This document shows, piece after piece, positions 57,964 through 64,000 of a stretch of DNA of 64,000 nt (the stretch's first letter is position 1; each line of letters opens with the position of its first letter). The notes below the pieces were generated by a model. The model did not search any database. It saw only the letters and a program-made list of their open reading frames with translations, and had not been told where the DNA came from. Source of the DNA: a virus. Location: UHGV virus genome UHGV-0010228; one strand, written 5' to 3'. Made by a program: the position numbers and the translations under genes.

Positions 57964-58410
57964 TTACTTATATCCAGTTGACCCAAAACCGCCTCTATTA
58001 TTATTGCTGAGTTTTTCAACGATCTTAAACTTTGTGCGTGGCATCTTTTCAAGAATTTCGCACTGACAAATTCTTTCATCAAATGGGATTACTGTGTCCC
58101 TGAGGGCAAGAACTCCAAATTTTATAATATCACCATCACCACAATACGATTCGTCAATAACCCCACTACTAACCATAATAATTCCATATTTTTTATAAGT
58201 ACTACTTCTAGGATATAATTGCATTCTACATCCATTAGGAAGTCTTACCGATATTCCAAGTGATATTTCATAATAATCGCCCTTCTTAAGCACTAGATCA
58301 TGCTCAGCACAACGTAAGTCTATCATATCACCACGTCTAGTCTGCTCGATCGGTGTAATTCCTTCATGATACTTAATATCAACATAATATGTCTTATTGA
58401 TTGAACTCAT
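57964..58410 (-). CDS. dut: dUTP diphosphatase
   Basis: YPRSST (motif 2), SGVIDESYCGD (motif 3, G-x-ID-x-D/E-Y-R/C-G). 148 aa. AAGGAGG RBS. Confidence 0.85.
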   Translation of the reverse strand: MSSINKTYYVDIKYHEGITPIEQTRRGDMIDLRCAEHDLVLKKGDYYEISLGISVRLPNGCRMQLYPRSSTYKKYGIIMVSSGVIDESYCGDGDIIKFGVLALRDTVIPFDERICQCEILEKMPRTKFKIVEKLSNNNRGGFGSTGYK

Positions 58411-58471
58411 TTTGTCCTCCTTATAACAAATAAAGTCTGTATTTAATTTATAAAAAAGTTAAATAAAATAT

Positions 58472-58502
58472 AAAAAAGAAAACCATAATGGTTTTCTTTT
58501 TT
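58472..58502 (-). terminator. intrinsic terminator
   Basis: aaaaagaaaacc-ataat-ggttttcttttt. Confidence 0.65.
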
Positions 58503-58503
58503 T

Positions 58504-58542
58504 GTCTGTAATCGTAATTAATCAACAATTACGATTACAGAC
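58504..58542. repeat. perfect 16-bp inverted repeat (7-nt spacer) embedded in an SD-preceded 18-codon micro-ORF (58518..58574, minus strand)
   Basis: gtctgtaatcgtaatt-aatcaac-aattacgattacagac. Minus strand reads AGGAGGTGG-6nt-ATG AAA AAA AGA... (MKKRDTSRDGMSVIVIVD*). Confidence 0.45.
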
Positions 58543-58614
58543 ATTCCGTCTCTTGACGTATCTCTTTTTTTCATGTTATCCACCTCCTGTTCACTTAAAT
58601 AATATATCAATGTA

Positions 58615-59091
58615 TTATTTAAGTTTGACAGTCAGCATTGTGTTGTCAGGTACTTTACGTCCATAATTCGCATATTGATCTGCAAGCATATTTCCGGGTA
58701 TATTGGAATGACCTTTTACCCACTGAAAGGAAACATTCATTCCTGATGATTTATATTGATTAACTAATGCTTTATAACTTGCAGTAGCAGGTTTATTAGT
58801 CTTCCATTTTCCATTTACCCAAAATCCTAAACCATTATAATCATGATATATGATTATATTATTGAAGCTATTTTCTGCGCAATATTTAAGAGCAACTTCA
58901 ACAGCTTTAATTTCACCGCCAACATTCCACATGTCAACAAGCTCTTTATCAGTGACCTTACCATATATTACCCTTTCAGACCTTATTCCTTCTTTATCAG
59001 GAATATTACATTTTATAACTGCAGCATAACCACAGGTCTTATCTCTTCTAAGATAAGACCCATCAGTATATATTTCATAATCATAAGTCAT
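58615..59091 (-). CDS. rnh: ribonuclease H
   Basis: MTYDYEIYTDGS (RNase H DGS motif) and C-terminal VKGHSNIPGNMLADQYA (VKGHxGxxxNExxDxLA). Start moved to the ATG after AAGGAGA. Confidence 0.85.
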   Translation of the reverse strand: MTYDYEIYTDGSYLRRDKTCGYAAVIKCNIPDKEGIRSERVIYGKVTDKELVDMWNVGGEIKAVEVALKYCAENSFNNIIIYHDYNGLGFWVNGKWKTNKPATASYKALVNQYKSSGMNVSFQWVKGHSNIPGNMLADQYANYGRKVPDNTMLTVKLK

Positions 59092-59111
59092 TTTTTTAAT
59101 AATCTCCTTAT

Positions 59112-60308
59112 TTAATAATACCAATATGATCTAGTTGGTTTATTGTATTGAATACATATGGATTTTTTAGCTCTGGTGATTCCAGTATACCTTAACCGTC
59201 TCATAAAATCTTCATCGCCAAAATATTCATCTATTAATAAAACTCTTGGATATTCGCTACCTTGTGATAAATGCACCGTTATTGCATATCCATATTCAAA
59301 TTTTTCATATTTACTCATTCCCCAATTCTTACGTGCTTCATGATTCGCCATAATATACTTTATATCCATTTTAACATCAGAAAAACATTCATCCATAAAA
59401 TCTGGTTCAAAGCAAATATTATAATATCCTCTACTAGCAGTGGATCTACTAATGTCAACAATATCTCCAATTAATCCATTGGTTAGATATATACCATTAA
59501 CAGAAGTGTCCCAATTATTCTGCCGGCAAATTATTTTATCACCCAATGATGGAGAATCAGATCTTCTACCAAGTATATCCTTTCTAATTGTATTATTTAT
59601 CTCGTCTCTAGTTTTATTTTTACCGCATATTATTTGATCAAAATCAGTTAATATTTTATCAGTAATTTCATACGATTCAACTACAGATGATAATCCATAA
59701 TCACCATATTCTATTGGTTCATCATGAAGCACCATCTGAGATAATCTAACTATCGGATCATCTTCTGCTTGACGCATTATTTTAGTTAAAGTAAAATCAG
59801 GATATTTCATTACTGATGAAATCCCAAATACTGGAGGAAGCTGATTCATATCTCCGATAAATACTATAGGAATATGGAATGACAATAGTTCTCTTACCAT
59901 TTCATCATTAACCATAGTTGCTTCATCAACAATTATTAATTTATAAGGATGCTCTAAAGCATCTTTTAATACGAATTCCATTTTATACTTCTTCTTTTCA
60001 TTACCATATTCATCAATAAGTATATCCTTAACCCTAGTTGGATAGTAAATTAATGAATGTATAGTCTTAGCTACAATTCCATGCTGTAGTAAATTTAATA
60101 CCGCCTTACCAACATAAGCACATGCAATATAATCATTGTTGATACTAGATAAACCTAATTGGTTTATAACTTCCTGTATTACTGATGTTTTCCCAGATCC
60201 CGCAGGACCGGAATAACTAAAATATGGTTTTTGTGATGTATCATACATAAACCAATGTTTTATTTTATCTATGAGCATTTCTTGCTCATCTGTATATACT
60301 AGATTCAT
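59112..60308 (-). CDS. Dda/RecD-like SF1 DNA helicase
   Basis: GPAGSGKTS (motif I), IIVDEATMV (motif II), AITVHLSQGSEY (motif V/VI-like TVHKSQGSE). AAGGAGG RBS. Confidence 0.85.
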   Translation of the reverse strand: MNLVYTDEQEMLIDKIKHWFMYDTSQKPYFSYSGPAGSGKTSVIQEVINQLGLSSINNDYIACAYVGKAVLNLLQHGIVAKTIHSLIYYPTRVKDILIDEYGNEKKKYKMEFVLKDALEHPYKLIIVDEATMVNDEMVRELLSFHIPIVFIGDMNQLPPVFGISSVMKYPDFTLTKIMRQAEDDPIVRLSQMVLHDEPIEYGDYGLSSVVESYEITDKILTDFDQIICGKNKTRDEINNTIRKDILGRRSDSPSLGDKIICRQNNWDTSVNGIYLTNGLIGDIVDISRSTASRGYYNICFEPDFMDECFSDVKMDIKYIMANHEARKNWGMSKYEKFEYGYAITVHLSQGSEYPRVLLIDEYFGDEDFMRRLRYTGITRAKKSICIQYNKPTRSYWYY

Positions 60309-60348
60309 AAAACCTCCTTACAATTATTTAAATTAGTCTAAAGAGAGG

Positions 60349-60759
60349 ATGATATATATGTCAGTTAATATTGAAAATACAAATTTAACAAAATGGGAAT
60401 TAAATGATACTGAAATAGCATATTATGTTAATTCTCCATATGGATCATCAAGTGGATCTCTCCCATTATATATACCAAAACTTATGCCAAACATATCAAT
60501 GGGTAAAGCTAGATCTACGAGAGTCAATTTAAATAAATCATGTTATTGCAATGATTCTGGATGTAAGCCACCAGTTTCTTCACAGTTATCATCCCAAAAC
60601 TACTTAACTATTAGTCCTCAGCAGAATAGATCATTCAGAGAACCACATTTTAGATATGGTGCTAAAATACAAATTGAAGTTCACAATCAAAACGATGATG
60701 AAATGTATATCACTACTAAAATTGATAATTCAACTACAGTTAAGAAGAAGAAAGGGTGA
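60349..60759 (+). CDS. hypothetical protein
   Basis: GAGAGGA RBS; 136 aa. Confidence 0.6.
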   Translation: MIYMSVNIENTNLTKWELNDTEIAYYVNSPYGSSSGSLPLYIPKLMPNISMGKARSTRVNLNKSCYCNDSGCKPPVSSQLSSQNYLTISPQQNRSFREPHFRYGAKIQIEVHNQNDDEMYITTKIDNSTTVKKKKG

Positions 60760-60765
60760 TTTTAA

Positions 60766-61224
60766 ATGGCACAAAGCATAATGAATGCTGGTAAAGATAG
60801 TACAATTCAGATTTTTATCAATAGTTACTCCATAGATACTATGACTTTTAAGAAAATGTATATGCAAGAAGTTATGGAATTTAATTCTGGTAGAAAAATT
60901 ATTGTTAATTCAGAATCTTTAATTGATAGATATGTTAATGAACTTGCTGATTATAAAATGAAACTATCAATGACTGATGAAGAGAAACGAAAATATCGAT
61001 TCAACCCGAAATCACTATCATTTGATCTATATGGCACAACTGAATTGTGGAATTTATTATTACATGCAAATGAAATGTTTTCAGTCGCTGAATTTGAGAC
61101 TATGGATGATGACGTGTATGTATATTCGGGTAGTGTGCTTCAGTTTATAAATAAAGTTATAGATCTGGAAAAGAATTATGTTGACTACAATGAATCACTA
61201 AATCAGAAAATATTAGATAAATAA
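60766..61224 (+). CDS. hypothetical protein
   Basis: AAAGGGTG RBS; 152 aa. Confidence 0.6.
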   Translation: MAQSIMNAGKDSTIQIFINSYSIDTMTFKKMYMQEVMEFNSGRKIIVNSESLIDRYVNELADYKMKLSMTDEEKRKYRFNPKSLSFDLYGTTELWNLLLHANEMFSVAEFETMDDDVYVYSGSVLQFINKVIDLEKNYVDYNESLNQKILDK

Positions 61225-61231
61225 ATAAAGA

Positions 61232-61266
61232 AAGAAGATATATAGTTACATACTATATATCTTCTT
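61232..61266. terminator. bidirectional intrinsic terminator
   Basis: aagaagatatatagt-tacat-actatatatcttctt. Confidence 0.7.
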
Positions 61267-61276
61267 TAATCTATAT

Positions 61277-62971
61277 TTAAACTCCCTTAGGAAGCATTGA
61301 ATTTAATGGTATAGAATTTATAACCTGACTTATCTGTTGTGCTTTTAAGTCTTTCGGTGTTATTCTATGATGCTTGTTTTCACCATCTAATTCATTGTTC
61401 TTTTCCTCAATACTTTCTAAATCAGATGCAATTGAAATTATTGATACTGGCTTTTCTTTATCAATATCAACTTCTAATCTTATGTTCTTTTCATTTGTAA
61501 AAGGATGATTAAAATAATCAACTGCAGTTCTGTCTGATTTACCTCTTATCTTTAAGCGCTTAAATGTAAGATAAGTCTGCCCACTAGACTTTTGCTTTTC
61601 TAAGTTAATTAGGCATATCCAGTCAGCATCTTCTGCAATTTCCCATGAATTGCCTATTGATGAAGTACCTACGAATCTCGCAACATCTTCTTTACCATCT
61701 CTAGATGCGGCATCGATAATTCCATTACCATCACGATTTAACTGCATTGCTGATATAACTGGAATTTGTAGATCCTGTGCAATATTCTTCAATTCTTTAC
61801 TTACATAACCAATTCTAACTCTTTCATCACCATTTGAAGGATGAATTGAATCTATTCGCTTAATATAGTCAAGTACTATTGCTATGGGTTCTTTCCCTTT
61901 ATCATTTAAAGATCTTACAATATTGTATATTTCAGAAGTATTAATTTCCAAGTTACCATAATATCTCATTTCTATATCTATACCATTATCAGCATCAAAT
62001 TCAAACTTTCCTGACTCTTTTAATGTATTATATACATCTTTAATAGTCTTATCTCGCATCTCATCTTCAACATCAGAATACATATCATACAAACGTTCAA
62101 CTGTTTCTTCAATTGAGTTTTCCATAGTTATGAATAAGATACATTTGCGTCTTCCATTTTCATATGGAATTATTTGTGGATTATATCTACGAATCTGATC
62201 TGTTATATTAAGTAAAGTGCCCGATTTAAATTTTCCTGTTCCACCCAATATTACATAGAATCTGCCAGATTTAAATCCTGGAGATAGTATGGCATTTAAT
62301 TGTCTTATGCCAGTCTGTAATATTGACGATGGCTTCTTAGCTTTATTAACTACTGTACCTAATAGATTAGCATAGTCATCATCTGAAAAGCTAAATTGCC
62401 TTAATAAACCCTGTGATGCATTACTATTATGAAGATCCATCAGTAAAGATGACATTACGTCTTTTAATTCATTTATTAGAGATGTATATGAAGTTTCGTA
62501 TGATGTACCATCAATATTCTCTAATAAACGTATTAAATTATCCTTTGTTTTATATATCGCGATAGTTTGAAGACGCTCGTTGATCATTTTAGTCATAACA
62601 TCACATTCGGACTGAGATAATTTATTTTTTCCTATTTCTAAATTTGATGATAATTCTATAATATTAGAATCTCCTGATTCGTTTATTTTCATCTGAATTA
62701 TATCAGATGAAACTACATTATTAGTTACTATAGTATCCAGCATTAATTCTAATAATTTTAATCTATTATATATATCAGGATTGACTTTATTAGTCTCAAT
62801 ATCGAGATATTGCAATAATTTATTTAAATTTGATTTGTAATTTAGAGATACATATTCGCATTGAACATATTTGATCATTGCGTTCAATGTTGGTACATCT
62901 AAAGCCATATTTATTTTATCGTTAGATTTAGATTTACGCTTTGGGATATTAGCCAACGTATTCACCCCCAT
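61277..62971 (-). CDS. DnaB-like replicative DNA helicase
   Basis: Walker A ILGGTGKFKSGT, Walker B IAIVLDYIKRI, VISAMQLNRDGN (DnaB motif H4 QLNR). 564 aa. Confidence 0.8.
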   Translation of the reverse strand: MGVNTLANIPKRKSKSNDKINMALDVPTLNAMIKYVQCEYVSLNYKSNLNKLLQYLDIETNKVNPDIYNRLKLLELMLDTIVTNNVVSSDIIQMKINESGDSNIIELSSNLEIGKNKLSQSECDVMTKMINERLQTIAIYKTKDNLIRLLENIDGTSYETSYTSLINELKDVMSSLLMDLHNSNASQGLLRQFSFSDDDYANLLGTVVNKAKKPSSILQTGIRQLNAILSPGFKSGRFYVILGGTGKFKSGTLLNITDQIRRYNPQIIPYENGRRKCILFITMENSIEETVERLYDMYSDVEDEMRDKTIKDVYNTLKESGKFEFDADNGIDIEMRYYGNLEINTSEIYNIVRSLNDKGKEPIAIVLDYIKRIDSIHPSNGDERVRIGYVSKELKNIAQDLQIPVISAMQLNRDGNGIIDAASRDGKEDVARFVGTSSIGNSWEIAEDADWICLINLEKQKSSGQTYLTFKRLKIRGKSDRTAVDYFNHPFTNEKNIRLEVDIDKEKPVSIISIASDLESIEEKNNELDGENKHHRITPKDLKAQQISQVINSIPLNSMLPKGV

Positions 62972-63554
62972 TTAAATCATTATCAGTCAATCCTAATAAT
63001 CCAGCGATTTCTGGATATTTAGTTGCCATTATTGATAATATTCTAGGGGTAAAATTTTCTACATATACAATAGTATTTGGATCTAAATCTAATGCATAAC
63101 ATATTAAATCTTCATCAGGATCTTTAATATATTGGATATTTGCAGGATTCTCATCTATTTTAGATATTAAATAATCTTTATCTATATTTGCATAATTGAT
63201 CATTAATGATGGGTCAATATCAAATGCGTCTTTATATATTTCTTTTGTCTTAATATTATCTGGTAAATTCAATAGTGATTCTGGATTTGATTTTATAGCT
63301 TTCAAAGCCATATCTTTTGTAATTCTTATTCCCTTATCATTTAAATAATTCACATTATTTCCATCTAAATCTAACACAAACTCACAGAGCTCATCAGATG
63401 GGTCATTTAAATATTGAAATAATGCGGGTTCTTTTGCTAAGCATACTTTCCACATCTCATCTGTACGATATTTATTTTTTAATAATAATATCAGTGATGG
63501 ATATATCGAAAGTATCTCCAATAATTTTTCATTTCTTACATTTTCTGTAATCAT
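62949..63554 (-). CDS. hypothetical protein with two internal tandem ~60-aa repeats
   Basis: DPSDELCEFVLDLDGNNVNYLNDKGIRI...A repeated as DPDEDLICYALDLDPNTIVYVENFTPRI. AGGAGA RBS. Confidence 0.65.
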   Translation of the reverse strand: MITENVRNEKLLEILSIYPSLILLLKNKYRTDEMWKVCLAKEPALFQYLNDPSDELCEFVLDLDGNNVNYLNDKGIRITKDMALKAIKSNPESLLNLPDNIKTKEIYKDAFDIDPSLMINYANIDKDYLISKIDENPANIQYIKDPDEDLICYALDLDPNTIVYVENFTPRILSIMATKYPEIAGLLGLTDNDLNGGEYVG

Positions 63555-63559
63555 ATTAC

Positions 63560-64000
63560 TTATTCTCCTATATATTTTGATAATATCTTATTAATATTAT
63601 CGATTGGAATTGATTTGTTTTTATTTTCATATATCCATTGCTGATACTTTTCTGCAATAGATATATTTGGATCGAATATAAATCCATATTTATTAGTTAA
63701 ATCAACTAATTGATTTTTCTTTTTTGTCTTTTCCTTCTTCTTTTCTAAGTCTTTAACTTCAATTTTAACATTTTTATTATTTATAAAATATTTCTTGAAT
63801 GTATTAATTAAATCATCATCAGTTTCGGTTGATGTTGATTTAAGTATTTTTACTCTAAGTCTATTATTTTCAAGATCATATTTTTCTTCTATATTACTTA
63901 TTAATTCTGCATAATCTGCTGTTGTTGTAATATTACTAGTGTCAACGATAATAGTATCATATCTTTTAGCTTTTGTATTTTCAATTTGTATATATGAATA
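63560..64000 (-). CDS. 3'-end of a hypothetical CDS (5' end lies beyond the window)
   Basis: Minus-strand frame is open for 146 codons from the window edge to a TAA at 63560-63562 that overlaps the RBS of the next gene. Confidence 0.5.
   Translation of the reverse strand, partial: YSYIQIENTKAKRYDTIIVDTSNITTTADYAELISNIEEKYDLENNRLRVKILKSTSTETDDDLINTFKKYFINNKNVKIEVKDLEKKKEKTKKKNQLVDLTNKYGFIFDPNISIAEKYQQWIYENKNKSIPIDNINKILSKYIGE

Noticed and set aside
1-64000. tRNA genes, CRISPR arrays, integrase/transposase or IS elements
   Set aside because: Scanned intergenic regions for tRNA-like conserved ends (GTTCGAATC / TPsiC-arm patterns) and for regularly spaced direct repeats. None seen. All intergenic gaps except 38276..38647 are under 200 bp and are filled by terminator hairpins and RBSs.

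Overview
The window is AT-rich (~27-30% GC) and densely packed with genes on both strands in long co-directional blocks. Most genes are preceded by strong AGGAGG/GGAGGTG-type Shine-Dalgarno sequences and followed by intrinsic-terminator hairpins, which fits a large (jumbo) virulent phage of a low-GC Gram-positive (Firmicutes-like) host. A class-III anaerobic ribonucleotide reductase activase (NrdG), bacterial SH3b domains and a Cu-amine-oxidase-N-like cell-wall-binding endolysin module suggest an anaerobic or facultatively anaerobic host.

Gene content:
- Structural: the left end encodes virion/structural proteins, including a 2167-aa giant protein carrying at least 10 BNR/Asp-box (S-x-D-x-G-x-T/S-W) repeats, preceded by the C-terminus of a paralog.
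- Replication and recombination: DnaG-type primase, DnaB-like helicase, Dda/RecD-like SF1 helicase, SF2 helicase, NAD-dependent DNA ligase, RNase H, RecA/UvsX-like recombinase, SbcC/Rad50-like ATPase, and an SNF2 helicase with an N-terminal C2H2 zinc finger.
- Nucleotide metabolism: DHFR, a ThyA-family enzyme, dUTPase, a dNMP (thymidylate) kinase-like protein and NrdG.
- Lysis: a lone Amidase_2 endolysin.

The most distinctive content is threefold.
1. Several separate genes encode fragments of a multisubunit RNA polymerase:
   - a beta-prime N-terminal fragment with the universal NADFDGD motif;
   - a beta C-terminal fragment with the GNKGV motif;
   - two paralogous beta-prime C-terminal (trigger-loop region) fragments;
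   - a possible beta N-terminal fragment.
   This is the hallmark of phiKZ/AR9-like phages, which carry two split, sigma-independent RNAPs.
2. A tubulin/FtsZ-superfamily GTPase (PhuZ/TubZ-like, AGGTGSG signature) lies close to a 626-aa protein that matches chimallin only in size, which is speculative.
3. Unusual accessory proteins: a MazF/PemK-like domain fused to a long C-terminal extension next to a lipoprotein, and two adjacent YD(RHS)-repeat proteins.

No tRNA, rRNA, CRISPR array or integrase/transposase was recognised.
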